Shown: positions 1-9,690 of the stretch, in pieces | Layout of the letters: each line of letters opens with the position of its first letter | Position numbering within the stretch: the first letter of the stretch is position 1 | Assembly: GCA_934090595.1 (NCBI GenBank) | Contig: CAKOJO010000002.1 | Location: 1-47,947 of the forward strand | Direction: 5' to 3' | Length of the DNA: 47,947 nucleotides | Origin: an uncultured Bacilli bacterium | GTDB taxonomy: Bacteria; Bacillota_I; Bacilli_A; RF39; UBA660 | Translations under genes and position numbers: made by a program | The notes under the pieces: model-generated | What the model saw: the letters and a program-made list of their open reading frames with translations, nothing else | Databases searched by the model: none | Told to the model about the DNA's origin: nothing

Positions 1-82
1 GTTATAGTATAAAGTGTATGTTAATTCATAAATTAAGGTGGTACCACGGTTTTTCGTCCTTTAGTTTATGAATTTTTATTTT
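1..82 (+). promoter_or_regulatory. T-box leader (3' part) upstream of tyrS: T-box motif plus terminator-like hairpin
   Basis: AAGGTGGTACCACGG (35-49) matches the conserved T-box sequence. Arms ATTCATAAA (24-32) and TTTATGAAT (65-73) are followed by TTTTATTTT (74-82), then RBS AAGGAGGG and the tyrS ATG at 97. The specifier-loop part lies upstream of the window. Confidence 0.75.
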
Positions 83-96
83 AAGGAGGGAAAATT

Positions 97-1314
97 ATGA
101 CACTATATGAAGAATTAAAATGGAGAGGTTTAATTAAAGATGTAGCAGGAGAAGATTTAGAAGACAAACTAAATAATGAACAAATATCATTCTATTGGGG
201 AACAGATCCAACCGCAGACAGTCTACATATTGGTCATTATTCATCACTAATAACAGCAAAAAGACTAGCTAAAGCAGGACATCATCCTATTCTTTTAGTG
301 GGTGGAGCAACAGGTTTAATCGGAGATCCAAGACCAACCGCAGAAAGAGAAATTATTTCAAAAGAAAAACTTCAAAAGAATTTTGATGGTATTAAAAAAC
401 AAGTAAGTACAATACTCGAAGGAAAAGCAGAAATAGTTAATAACTATGATTGGATGAAAGATTACACATACTTAGAATTCTTAAGAGATATTGGTAAATA
501 CATAAATGTTAACTACATGTTGGCAAAAGATATCATCAGCAGAAGACTTGAAACAGGTATAACATATGCTGAATTCTCATATACACTACTACAAGGATAT
601 GATTTTCTACATCTATATAGAGAAAAAAACTGTATATTACAAGCCGCTGGTAGTGATCAATGGGGCAACATAACAACAGGAATAGAACTAATAAAAAAAA
701 TTGAAGGAAAAGAAGCATATGGGTTTACAATGCCTCTTATTCTAGATGCAAATGGTAATAAATTTGGTAAAAGTGAAGGAAATGCATTATGGTTAGATAT
801 AAATAAAACATCTGGTTATGAACTATATCAATACTTAATAAATTCAGATGATACAAAAGTAGAAGAATATTTAAAAGTATATACATTCTTAAATAAAGAA
901 GAAATAGATAATATTATGAAACAACATAATGAAAATCCACATCTAAGAATAGCACAAGAAAAACTAGCACAAGAGTTTATCACTGATTTACATGGAGAAG
1001 AAGAATATAAAAGTGCCAAACAAATATCAGATGCTTTATTTAAAAATGATATTAAAAATCTATCAGATGAACAAATATCACAAGCATTTAAAGGAGTTCC
1101 AACATTTAAGTTAGAAAATAATAAACCAATCATTGCTATCTTAACTGAAGCTAAAATAGCATCATCAAGAAGAGAAGCAAGAGAATTCTTAAATAATAAT
1201 GCAATCACACTAAATGGTGAAATAATAAATGATGAAAATTATGTGATAGATAATAATAAAAAATATAATATTATAAGAAAAGGAAAGAAAAAATACTTTG
1301 TTCTAGAAAGATAA
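97..1314 (+). CDS. tyrS: tyrosyl-tRNA synthetase
   Basis: 405 aa. Class I aaRS HIGH motif (DSLHIGHY), KMSKS-type KFGKS, C-terminal S4-like RNA-binding region, strong RBS and a T-box leader. Confidence 0.97.
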   Translation: MTLYEELKWRGLIKDVAGEDLEDKLNNEQISFYWGTDPTADSLHIGHYSSLITAKRLAKAGHHPILLVGGATGLIGDPRPTAEREIISKEKLQKNFDGIKKQVSTILEGKAEIVNNYDWMKDYTYLEFLRDIGKYINVNYMLAKDIISRRLETGITYAEFSYTLLQGYDFLHLYREKNCILQAAGSDQWGNITTGIELIKKIEGKEAYGFTMPLILDANGNKFGKSEGNALWLDINKTSGYELYQYLINSDDTKVEEYLKVYTFLNKEEIDNIMKQHNENPHLRIAQEKLAQEFITDLHGEEEYKSAKQISDALFKNDIKNLSDEQISQAFKGVPTFKLENNKPIIAILTEAKIASSRREAREFLNNNAITLNGEIINDENYVIDNNKKYNIIRKGKKKYFVLER

Positions 1315-1331
1315 ATAATCTTTCTTTTTTT
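1305..1331 (+). terminator. intrinsic terminator of tyrS
   Basis: AGAAAGAT (1305-1312) / ATCTTTCT (1318-1325) stem spanning the stop codon, followed by a T-run (1326-1331). Confidence 0.6.
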
Positions 1332-1338
1332 ATAAAAT

Positions 1339-1359
1339 AAAAAAACATCCGAAGATGTT
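1339..1359 (-). terminator. intrinsic terminator downstream of tRNA-His
   Basis: On the minus strand: AACATC-TTCG-GATGTT hairpin followed by TTTTTTTA. Confidence 0.55.
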
Positions 1360-1370
1360 AATAAACCAAA

Positions 1371-1447
1371 TGGGGCGGCATGTGGGAATCGAACCCACGC
1401 ATACTAGTGCCACAAACTAGCGTGTTAACCACTTCACCAATGCCGCC
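1371..1447 (-). tRNA. tRNA-His (anticodon GTG)
   Basis: The reverse complement folds as a cloverleaf. It has an extra G(-1) opposite C73 (the His identity element), anticodon loop TTGTGGC, T-arm GTGGGTTCGATTCCCAC and an encoded CCA. A TTGCAA-17-TAGAAT promoter lies upstream on the minus strand (about 1470-1500). Confidence 0.93.
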
Positions 1448-1571
1448 ATGTAAATCAATATGTATATATTCTATCATTTTTTGTAGATATTTGCAATAGT
1501 TTTTCATTAATTTATGGGCATTAACACATTCTAAAAAAATAGACATTCATAATATAAAAAAGGAGGAAAAA

Positions 1572-2000
1572 ATGATGAATAACTATGATGAATATTATAA
1601 CTATTTAAATGATATGCAATATCAACAAAAAAATGTTAATAACTCGATAATTGAACAAGATCCATATGAAGCTTTTATAAAAGGGAATTTATTTAATAAT
1701 CTTTACGATCAATATAAAAATTACCAACCAGCTAAAATTAATCCAAAAGATGAACAAGAATATGCTTTATTAATGGTTCAAATATATGATTTTTGTGCAC
1801 ATGAACTAACATTATACTTAGATGTTAACCCAAATGATCAAGAAGCAATAAGATTAAGAACAGAATACACAAATTTAGCTAAACAAGCACTAAATGAATA
1901 TGAATCACAATATGGAGCATTAAATCTATCAAGTAGTAACCTTGCCGCAATACCTTGGGCATGGGATACAAAAAAATGGCCATGGGAGGGAAATAAATAA
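1572..2000 (+). CDS. cotJB: spore coat protein, CotJB domain with a CotJA-like N-terminal segment (apparent CotJA-CotJB fusion)
   Basis: The C-terminal half (HELTLYLDVNPNDQEA...YESQYGAL...WAWDTKKWPWE) matches the CotJB signature. The N-terminal DPYEAFIKGNLFNNLYDQY resembles the CotJA motif (eAL.kGT.FP.L..PY). RBS is AGGAGG. The stop overlaps the cotJC start (TAATG). Confidence 0.8.
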   Translation: MMNNYDEYYNYLNDMQYQQKNVNNSIIEQDPYEAFIKGNLFNNLYDQYKNYQPAKINPKDEQEYALLMVQIYDFCAHELTLYLDVNPNDQEAIRLRTEYTNLAKQALNEYESQYGALNLSSSNLAAIPWAWDTKKWPWEGNK

Positions 2001-2563
2001 TGTGGAAATATGATAAAAAACTACAATATCCTATTAATATAAAAAAATCTGATCCTAAATTAGCCAATCTAATAGTAACACAATATGGTGGCGCAAACGG
2101 TGAGTTAGGAGCAGCATTAAGATATTTAAATCAAAGATATACAATGCCAGACGCAAAAGGAAGAGCTTTACTTACAGATATTGGAACAGAGGAACTAGGC
2201 CACGTAGAAATGATCTGTGCAATGATATATCAATTAACAAAAAATGCTACAAAAGAAGAAATGACAAAAGCAGGATTTGATCCACATTATGCAGAACATG
2301 GAAAAGCACTATTCCCAACAGATGCCAATGGCGTACCATTTACAGCAAGCTACTTTGCAACAACAGGAGATCCAGTAGCAGACTTAGCAGAAGACATGGC
2401 CGCAGAAGAAAAAGCACGAGCAGTATATGAAAACTTAATAAACTTAACAAACGATCCTGATGTAATCGGTCCATTATTATTCTTAAGACAAAGAGAAATA
2501 GTCCATTACGCAAGATTTAAACAATTATATGACGAATATAAATCAAAAGGATACGATAAGTAA
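2000..2563 (+). CDS. cotJC: spore coat protein CotJC (manganese-catalase family)
   Basis: 187 aa. GELGAALRYLNQRY and TEELGHVEMI are di-metal ferritin-like motifs typical of CotJC. Translationally coupled to cotJB. Confidence 0.93.
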   Translation: MWKYDKKLQYPINIKKSDPKLANLIVTQYGGANGELGAALRYLNQRYTMPDAKGRALLTDIGTEELGHVEMICAMIYQLTKNATKEEMTKAGFDPHYAEHGKALFPTDANGVPFTASYFATTGDPVADLAEDMAAEEKARAVYENLINLTNDPDVIGPLLFLRQREIVHYARFKQLYDEYKSKGYDK

Positions 2564-2576
2564 AAAATAAAAAATA

Positions 2577-2975
2577 TCATTTATTTTTGATATTTTTTTG
2601 TTTTAATAAATCACTAAACATTAAAATCATAGTAACAACGACAATAACAACATAATTAATCATAAAATATGTATCATTAATAGAATAAACAATAGAATTA
2701 GCTAACGAATACTCTTTAACAAGAATAAGAAAAATATAAACATTAAGCATAATAGCAATAGTATTTTTAAACCAATCATTAATATCTTTTTTATCCTTAA
2801 TTAAAAACTTAATAATAGTATAAACAAAATAAATAATCATAGTAATTATAAATAAATAACTAACAAAATTATCACTCATAATAGTTTTATACATTACAAG
2901 AATGCATCCCATCACTAAAGTAACAGTTAAGTACTTTATTACATTTAATACACTTAGAAAATTAAAATCATTCAT
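2577..2975 (-). CDS. small integral membrane protein (about 4 TM), unknown function
   Basis: 132 aa with hydrophobic segments. The ATG overlaps the stop of the upstream AAA+ gene (ATGAATGA), indicating translational coupling. Confidence 0.6.
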   Translation of the reverse strand: MNDFNFLSVLNVIKYLTVTLVMGCILVMYKTIMSDNFVSYLFIITMIIYFVYTIIKFLIKDKKDINDWFKNTIAIMLNVYIFLILVKEYSLANSIVYSINDTYFMINYVVIVVVTMILMFSDLLKQKNIKNK

Positions 2976-3891
2976 AAAAATCCCTTCTCATATCTTCTTC
3001 TTTTTTTAATAAGTCACCAAATTGTTGATCAAAATCCACTAATCCTTTCTTTATAATATCAGGATACAAAGCAGTAGAATTAGCAATAGCTTTTCTAACA
3101 TGATCAATGGTAACAGTTTTCTTATTATCAAAAACCGCTTCAGAAAAAGCTTGTGATAACATAGCTAAAGCCACATCTGGATAACGACCAGCAGTTTCAT
3201 ATACTCTATTATATTCTTTATTAAGTTCAACTATAAAACGCATAATTCTTTCTCTAACAAAAGGAGTATAAGCCATAACAGTACCAGTTTTTTTCTCAAT
3301 TTTAGGAACAGTACCAAGCAATATTTCAACAGTCTCATCAATACTAGGTTCTTCAACTTCAATCTTTTGAAATCTTCTCGTAAATGCTTTATCTCTTAAT
3401 ATATATCTTTCATACTCATCAGTAGTAGTAGCACCAATAACTTTGATATCACCACGTCCAAGACCTGTCTTAAACATATTAGCAAAATCAAGAGAACTTC
3501 CATTATTTGAAGTACTAATAAGAGTATGAATTTCATCGATAAATAAAATAAACTTATCTCTTTCTTTTATTTCATCAACTAGTCTTTGAATTCTAGAATC
3601 ACCAGTTTCAGGATCCATTCCCATCAAAGCTTGAGTATCTATCTTAACAATTTCATAACCCTTTAAAGCATCAGGTACATCATTATGAATTATTTTATAA
3701 GCAAGTCCTTCAACAATCGCAGTTTTACCAATACCAGGTTTACCTGTTAAAATCGCGGACTTATCTGGTGTAAGCAGTACTAATATTAACTTTTTTATTT
3801 CTTCATCTCTACCAATCGCAGGATTAGTAACATATTCCTTCTTAGTAAAATTATCACCATATCTATCAATAAAACTATAATTACTAGTCAT
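2968..3891 (-). CDS. stand-alone AAA+ ATPase resembling the D1 module of ClpA/ClpB/ClpC
   Basis: GRDEEIKKLILVL, Walker A GKPGIGKT, Walker B FILFIDEIH, ATT sensor and RRF. No Clp N-domain, M-domain, D2 or ClpP loop. Start set at the ATG at 3891 (RBS AAAGGA); the ORF extends to 3912. Confidence 0.85.
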   Translation of the reverse strand: MTSNYSFIDRYGDNFTKKEYVTNPAIGRDEEIKKLILVLLTPDKSAILTGKPGIGKTAIVEGLAYKIIHNDVPDALKGYEIVKIDTQALMGMDPETGDSRIQRLVDEIKERDKFILFIDEIHTLISTSNNGSSLDFANMFKTGLGRGDIKVIGATTTDEYERYILRDKAFTRRFQKIEVEEPSIDETVEILLGTVPKIEKKTGTVMAYTPFVRERIMRFIVELNKEYNRVYETAGRYPDVALAMLSQAFSEAVFDNKKTVTIDHVRKAIANSTALYPDIIKKGLVDFDQQFGDLLKKEEDMRRDFYE

Positions 3892-4018
3892 ATATATCAT
3901 CCTTTCATACATTTTACATTAATAGTATATAAAATTTTAACAAATTATTCAATATTTTGTTTGAATATTCTTAAGTTTTAGATTATAATTTATATATAAT
4001 AGAAAGGGCGTTGGTAGT

Positions 4019-4519
4019 ATGTATCTATACTTAACAATACTAGGAATCTTGTTTATAACATTATCTTCAATAGTAATTAATTTCCTAGATGCAATATTTC
4101 CAAGTAATAAAATAAGTTATTATCTTAATCCAAACAAAAAAACAGCATTTAATAGAACAAGTACAACAGTATTACCTATAATAATTTGGAACTTCATTTC
4201 AATTCCATTACTAGGCAATAACAAATTATTTTTGGTAAGCATAATAACTGATATATTTGTTTCATGCTGTATTATGTATGTAATAAAATATGCAATGATA
4301 GTAATATTCAACAAAGAAAATCCTGTCGTAGACATCATCTCAATAATAATATCAACAATATTTGGTTCAATAACATCATACATAATTCTACTTATCAACA
4401 GTAGTACACAAAACTACATGAAATATTCAGCAATAGGACTAGTAATAATTTTAGTATTATATTTAATAATTAAAAAACACAATCCAAAAAGTGATTTCTT
4501 CACAAAAGAAATGTATTAA
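4019..4519 (+). CDS. integral membrane protein, unknown function
   Basis: 166 aa with about 5 hydrophobic helices. No recognisable motif. Confidence 0.55.
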   Translation: MYLYLTILGILFITLSSIVINFLDAIFPSNKISYYLNPNKKTAFNRTSTTVLPIIIWNFISIPLLGNNKLFLVSIITDIFVSCCIMYVIKYAMIVIFNKENPVVDIISIIISTIFGSITSYIILLINSSTQNYMKYSAIGLVIILVLYLIIKKHNPKSDFFTKEMY

Positions 4520-4530
4520 GGAGACCAATT

Positions 4531-4920
4531 ATGAAAAAAGAAAAATCATGTGGAACAATTATAATAGAAAATAATAAAGTATTATTAATACAACAAACAG
4601 ACAATGCATGGGGCTTTCCCAAAGGACACGTAGAAAATAATGAGACAGAACAAGAAACAGCAATTAGAGAAACAAAAGAAGAAACAAATTTAGATGTAGA
4701 AATAATTAGTAATAAAAAATACATAATTAACTATAAAATAAATAATGAAATAGATAAAGAAGTAGTATTCTTTTTAGCTAAAAAAACATCAGATAAAATA
4801 AAAAAACAAGACGAAGAAATAAAAAATATAAAATGGGTTGATTTAAACCAAGCATTTGACATAATAACATATGAAAACACTAAAGACATATATAAAGAAG
4901 TACTCAAAGACATTAAATAA
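4531..4920 (+). CDS. Nudix hydrolase
   Basis: Nudix box GHVENNETEQETAIRETKEETNL (Gx5Ex7REUxEExxU). Confidence 0.88.
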   Translation: MKKEKSCGTIIIENNKVLLIQQTDNAWGFPKGHVENNETEQETAIRETKEETNLDVEIISNKKYIINYKINNEIDKEVVFFLAKKTSDKIKKQDEEIKNIKWVDLNQAFDIITYENTKDIYKEVLKDIK

Positions 4921-6436
4921 GTCTTTTTTTCTTTATCATTTTTTCCATTTCTTTAACAAATATCGAAGGTTTTCTCTTACTACTAAATAGATAACAACAT
5001 CCACGAGTTCTAGTAATTGCAACATAAAAAAGTCTTCTTTCCTCCGCAAAAGGATAAGTCTCATCAGAATTAGAAACAAGTTCTAATATCTTATCTTCAT
5101 TTATTTTATTCGGAAAACCTAAATACCTATCATCAAGATTTATAACAATAACAACATCTTCTTCTAATCCTTTAGCCTTATGAACAGTCATATAATACAA
5201 TTCAATATTTTCGTTATTAGCATAAATAACTTTCTCTCCATCAAACGAAAAACTTTCATCAATAACCATATAAATATCATCGTTATTTCTACCTAATATC
5301 ATAATCGGAGATTTAAACTCATCATAAACTTCTTCAATAAGATTCTTAAAGTCATTAACAACATCATTATAATACACAATCCTAATAGGACTCTCCATTC
5401 TTTTCATAGAGACAAGATTCTTCTTTATTTGTTTTTTATTTTTCATAACAAAACTACCTGCTAAATCAATTAACTCCTGACTATTTCTATAAGTATTTTC
5501 AAGCTTTAATACTTTACAATCATCAAAATAGTTTTCAAAGTTAATAAATAAATTCAAACAACAACCAGAAAACTTATATATAGATTGAAAATCATCACCA
5601 ACCACTAATAAATTACAAGAAGTACACTTAATAATTTCATTGATCAAACAAAATCTTATATAAGAAGTATCTTGATATTCATCAATAATTATATATTTAA
5701 TATTATTCTTAACACCATTCTTCACTACACATTCAGTCGCAGTAATAATCATATCATCAAAATCAATCAAATTATTCAAAGACATATAATCATTATACTT
5801 AATATAAACATTAATACAAAATATTAAAAAAAGCTTCCCCTTTCTAAAACGACCATATTTACCAGTTTTAATCTTATTATAAAAAGAAATAAAATCACCA
5901 AGAACAAATCCATTACATTTAAAAAGCTTCAAGAAAGTAATGATGTTCCCCTTAAGAATATTTAATTTATAATAATATTTACTTAAAAAGACTAAATAAT
6001 CATCCTTAATGTTCTTACTATAACTATAATCAAAATAATTCATAATATATTTCATAAAATGTTGATAATCAATTACATCATAACTAAAAAAATCATTACA
6101 AATACTATCTAACAAGTCATCATCACTAATATCGTAATGATAATTATTAAAACTCAATATTTCAAGAGCAAGCTTATGAAAGGTATAAACATTAACACTA
6201 TATCCCATATCATTTAATTTTTTCATCAAACTATCACAAGCTTTATTAGTAAAAGAAATACCAATAATCTCTTCTTCCTTAACATCAAGATACTTTATCA
6301 AATAATTAATCTTACCAAGAATTGTCAAAGTCTTTCCAGAACCAGCTCCCGCTACTACAAGTACATGTTTATTATTGTTCAAAACTATCTCTTTTTGAAA
6401 ATTATCTAGTTCATAACCACATATTAAATCATTCAA
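4913..6436 (-). CDS. UvrD/Rep-family SF1 DNA helicase (short, helicase IV-like core)
   Basis: Motif I VVAGAGSGKT, II IIIDEYQDTS, III VGDDFQSIYKFSG, V TVHKAKGLEEDVV, VI RRLFYVAITRTR. Start set at TTG 6436, 5 nt after GAGGTGA; the ORF extends to ATG 6472. Confidence 0.88.
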   Translation of the reverse strand: MNDLICGYELDNFQKEIVLNNNKHVLVVAGAGSGKTLTILGKINYLIKYLDVKEEEIIGISFTNKACDSLMKKLNDMGYSVNVYTFHKLALEILSFNNYHYDISDDDLLDSICNDFFSYDVIDYQHFMKYIMNYFDYSYSKNIKDDYLVFLSKYYYKLNILKGNIITFLKLFKCNGFVLGDFISFYNKIKTGKYGRFRKGKLFLIFCINVYIKYNDYMSLNNLIDFDDMIITATECVVKNGVKNNIKYIIIDEYQDTSYIRFCLINEIIKCTSCNLLVVGDDFQSIYKFSGCCLNLFINFENYFDDCKVLKLENTYRNSQELIDLAGSFVMKNKKQIKKNLVSMKRMESPIRIVYYNDVVNDFKNLIEEVYDEFKSPIMILGRNNDDIYMVIDESFSFDGEKVIYANNENIELYYMTVHKAKGLEEDVVIVINLDDRYLGFPNKINEDKILELVSNSDETYPFAEERRLFYVAITRTRGCCYLFSSKRKPSIFVKEMEKMIKKKRLI

Positions 6437-6666
6437 AATAATCACCTCTAAACAACTATAAACAACATCCAACTAAAAAGCAAATCACCAAAATTAAAAA
6501 TTGTTACAACTAAGAAAGATAAAATTTAAAAATTGAATCAAAAAACATATTGAAAACTAAAAATTGTCTCAAAAATATTAATAAAAAATTAATAAATAAA
6601 CATTTACTACAGTAAGAAAATGTAATATAATCAAAATATAAATATTTTATGAAAGGAGTAAAAACT

Positions 6667-6891
6667 ATGCAACACGTATCAGATAAATCAAGACTAATAG
6701 CATTCCTATTTTGCTTTTTCCTTGGAAACTTAGGAATTCACAGATTTTATGTTGGAAAAGTAGGGACAGGGGTACTTTATATTTTTACATTTGGCTTATT
6801 CGGAATCGGAATATTAGTAGATCTAATTATGATTCTATGCGGAAGCTACACTGATAAACAAGGAAACTTTGTAACTAGGTGGGATGTTTAA
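6667..6891 (+). CDS. TM2 domain-containing membrane protein
   Basis: [12 protein letters not shown]...GILVDLI is the TM2 signature. ATG 6667 follows RBS AAAGGAG; the ORF extends to 6649. Confidence 0.8.
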   Translation: MQHVSDKSRLIAFLFCFFLGNLGIHRFYVGKVGTGVLYIFTFGLFGIGILVDLIMILCGSYTDKQGNFVTRWDV

Positions 6892-6982
6892 TAATAACAT
6901 CCTATTTTTTATAGTAAAAATATAGTAAAAATATTAAAAATTTGGTATACTAATCTTATAATAAAGAAGGAGAAGTAAAAAA

Positions 6983-7510
6983 ATGACAAAAGAAGTAAAC
7001 CAAAAAGTGCTATACCTAGTTCTGATATTCATGGTTGGAGCAGTGGTAGGATACATCTATGAAGTAATATTTTGTTTAATACAAGATCATCAGCTAATAA
7101 ATCGTGGAGTATTATATGGTCCATACTTACCAATCTATGGAGTAGGAGCAGTCTTTATATACTTGCTAAAGCCACTAAAAAAACATCCAGTACTATTCTT
7201 TATATCAGTCATGTTAACAACAGGAATACTAGAATATGCAATTGGACTATACTGCTTAAAAGTAAGTCATACAAAACTATGGGACTACACAGGACTATTC
7301 CTAAACATTCAAGGTTTAGTGTGTTTAAGAAGTGTTGTATCATTTGCAATCGGAGGATTAATTTTAATCTACATAGTAGACCCACTTTTAGAAAAAGCAG
7401 TAACTAAAATAAGCAAAAACACTGAACTGGCAATATGTTCTACATTCATTCTAATATTTATTACAGACATAATATTAAGCATTAAGTTTAGAACACCACC
7501 AGGACCATAA
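6983..7510 (+). CDS. membrane protein of the putative ABC-transporter type IV family (PF06541-like)
   Basis: GYIYEVIFC...NRGVLYGPYLPIYGVGAV matches the family core. Multi-pass TM. Confidence 0.7.
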   Translation: MTKEVNQKVLYLVLIFMVGAVVGYIYEVIFCLIQDHQLINRGVLYGPYLPIYGVGAVFIYLLKPLKKHPVLFFISVMLTTGILEYAIGLYCLKVSHTKLWDYTGLFLNIQGLVCLRSVVSFAIGGLILIYIVDPLLEKAVTKISKNTELAICSTFILIFITDIILSIKFRTPPGP

Positions 7511-7525
7511 AAAAGGAGAGAAAAT

Positions 7526-7942
7526 ATGAAAAAAACAAATAAAAAAGGATTCACTTTAATAGAATTGCTCGCAGTAATAGCAATAATAGCAATAATCGGA
7601 GCAATAGCAACACCAAATGTTATAAAACTAATAACATCAAGCAATCAAGATCAAATACTAAGCGATGCAAAACTTGCAATAAGTAAAGCAAAATATCAAT
7701 TTAGAAAAGATATGGATGCCAACCCTAGTGGAAAATCATACTATGTAAAAGATTTAATAGAAAGTGATAACTCATACAATGACCAATCAACAGTTCAAGT
7801 AGAACCTGATGGAGGAAAATATATATATAAAATATCTATATCAAATGGTAAATATTGTATTGGTTGGCCAAGTAGTTATGTAACAGAAGAAACTCTCCTT
7901 AGCAGTGGCAAAGGAGTAATTTCAGACGATTGCACAAACTAA
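7526..7942 (+). CDS. prepilin-type N-terminal cleavage/methylation domain protein (type IV pilin or pseudopilin)
   Basis: KKG|FTLIELLAVIAIIAIIGAIA is the class III signal with Glu+5. Two C-terminal Cys residues. RBS AAGGAGAG. Confidence 0.9.
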   Translation: MKKTNKKGFTLIELLAVIAIIAIIGAIATPNVIKLITSSNQDQILSDAKLAISKAKYQFRKDMDANPSGKSYYVKDLIESDNSYNDQSTVQVEPDGGKYIYKISISNGKYCIGWPSSYVTEETLLSSGKGVISDDCTN

Positions 7943-7968
7943 AAGACTATCAAAACAGATAGCCTTTT

Positions 7969-8841
7969 TTATTTGCAAATTACGATTTTCTTATCTCCAA
8001 AAGCCTCAAGCACTTTAGTATAAATATCACTCCTAATGTTTCTAACCTTTTTAGGATGCGCTAAATACCTAATAGTTAAGACAACACATGAATCTTCTAT
8101 ACTAGTATAAACAATTGGATCAAGTTTATTATAATAAATTCTATACTCTCCAATCGCACTATTAAGTTCACTTTTCATCTTACGTGGGATTCTTTTAACC
8201 ACTTCATTATTCCTAACAATATCATAAAGCATATTTTTAGCATTATCAATATCACTATCAATAGGAACCCTAATACTAATTTCATCCCAAATATATTTAA
8301 AAGCTTCAGTATAATTCTTAACCCCACCATTAAAGACCTTTGAGTTAGGAATATGAATCATAATACCAGTACTTTGCTCACCATTATCTTTACTACTAAC
8401 CTCCAAAATATCAAAAGTTAACGAACTGACATTAACAACATCCCCCACAATGCCATCAACTTCCACCCTATCTTCAACCTTGAAAGGCTTCTTTACATTT
8501 ATATAAATACCTGCAAAAAAGTTATAAACAAAATCTCTAAGAGCAAACGCCATAGCAGCACTGACAAAACTAATCAAAGTCATCAACTTAGTAATCTTAC
8601 TTTCCCATATCAATATTAACAAAATAATGTTAACAACTACCCCAAAAGTAGTAACTTTCTTGTTAATTAAATATAAAGTTCTCTCATTAGAATTAAATCT
8701 AGTGTTAAAAAAACAAATAATCTTAACAAAAATCTTAATAAAAATATAACTCATAAAACTATATAAAAACAAATCAATATAAGAAGTACTAACTCCAGTT
8801 ATTTCACTAATATATTTACTAATAAAATCAAATAAATTCAT
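7969..8841 (-). CDS. mechanosensitive ion channel (MscS family)
   Basis: TM3/beta-domain motif FFAGIYINVKKPFKVEDRVEVDGIVGDVVNV. Confidence 0.88.
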   Translation of the reverse strand: MNLFDFISKYISEITGVSTSYIDLFLYSFMSYIFIKIFVKIICFFNTRFNSNERTLYLINKKVTTFGVVVNIILLILIWESKITKLMTLISFVSAAMAFALRDFVYNFFAGIYINVKKPFKVEDRVEVDGIVGDVVNVSSLTFDILEVSSKDNGEQSTGIMIHIPNSKVFNGGVKNYTEAFKYIWDEISIRVPIDSDIDNAKNMLYDIVRNNEVVKRIPRKMKSELNSAIGEYRIYYNKLDPIVYTSIEDSCVVLTIRYLAHPKKVRNIRSDIYTKVLEAFGDKKIVICK

Positions 8842-9069
8842 TCTATCTCCTCCTTAAGATGCGAGTTATAATTATATCACAATCAAAAAACAAAGTCACT
8901 TAAAAATAACTATAAAACACTAACTTTACGTAAACAAACTATAAAACACTAACTTTTTTCCAAATCTAACATACACTTTTTCATAATTAGATTTATGCAA
9001 CTTTTTATATTGTATTATTTTTTATTCTGTGATATAATCATCCTATAAGTATAAGGAGGAAATAAAATT

Positions 9070-9690
9070 ATGAAAATAAGGAATATTTTTTTGACAATAA
9101 CAATTATATTATCTATTTCACTTTTATGTGGATGTTCAAAGAATAATGACTATAGTAAAAATATTGATATTTTAGATACTAAAGTAGACTATTTTGTAAT
9201 TAAAGACAGAAAAATATATATAACAAAGGATATTAAAGATTTTACCCTTCAGTTTAAAGGTTTAGGATGTAAAATTAAACCAAAATATGAAGAAGAAATA
9301 GATATAGATACTATAAAGGAAAATAATGATATATTTGTAAATTCTAATGGGGAAAAAACTATTGAATGTTATACTAGCGACGATTACAATAATATAGAAG
9401 TATTTATGTATACATATGAGAAAGATCAAAAAAATCCCAACGAAATTTATTTTATGAGCATTAGAAGTTATGGAGATCCATGCGATATAGTTATGGATAA
9501 TAAAAAATTGTCTATAGGAAAAAATCCTAGTTCATTAGATGATGTATTAAATATAATGGGTAATAATTATGAAATAGAAAAAAGCATATCATCTGATTCA
9601 AAATATTATAATTATACAATAGAGGGAGTTGAATATTCTGCTTTTATTGATGAAGACAACTTGCTTAAATCTTTATCTTTAGATTTCTAA
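9070..9690 (+). CDS. lipoprotein, unknown function
   Basis: Signal peptide with lipobox LLCGC|S. More T-rich codon usage than neighbouring genes. Confidence 0.7.
   Translation: MKIRNIFLTITIILSISLLCGCSKNNDYSKNIDILDTKVDYFVIKDRKIYITKDIKDFTLQFKGLGCKIKPKYEEEIDIDTIKENNDIFVNSNGEKTIECYTSDDYNNIEVFMYTYEKDQKNPNEIYFMSIRSYGDPCDIVMDNKKLSIGKNPSSLDDVLNIMGNNYEIEKSISSDSKYYNYTIEGVEYSAFIDEDNLLKSLSLDF

Noticed and set aside
1358-1546. 62-aa minus-strand ORF.
   Set aside because: It overlaps tRNA-His (1371-1447), so it is an artefact of the ORF caller.
7072-7407. 111-aa same-strand ORF overlapping the PF06541-like membrane-protein gene in another frame.
   Set aside because: It has no RBS and an S/R/K-rich non-protein-like sequence. 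The overlapping frame has a recognisable family signature.
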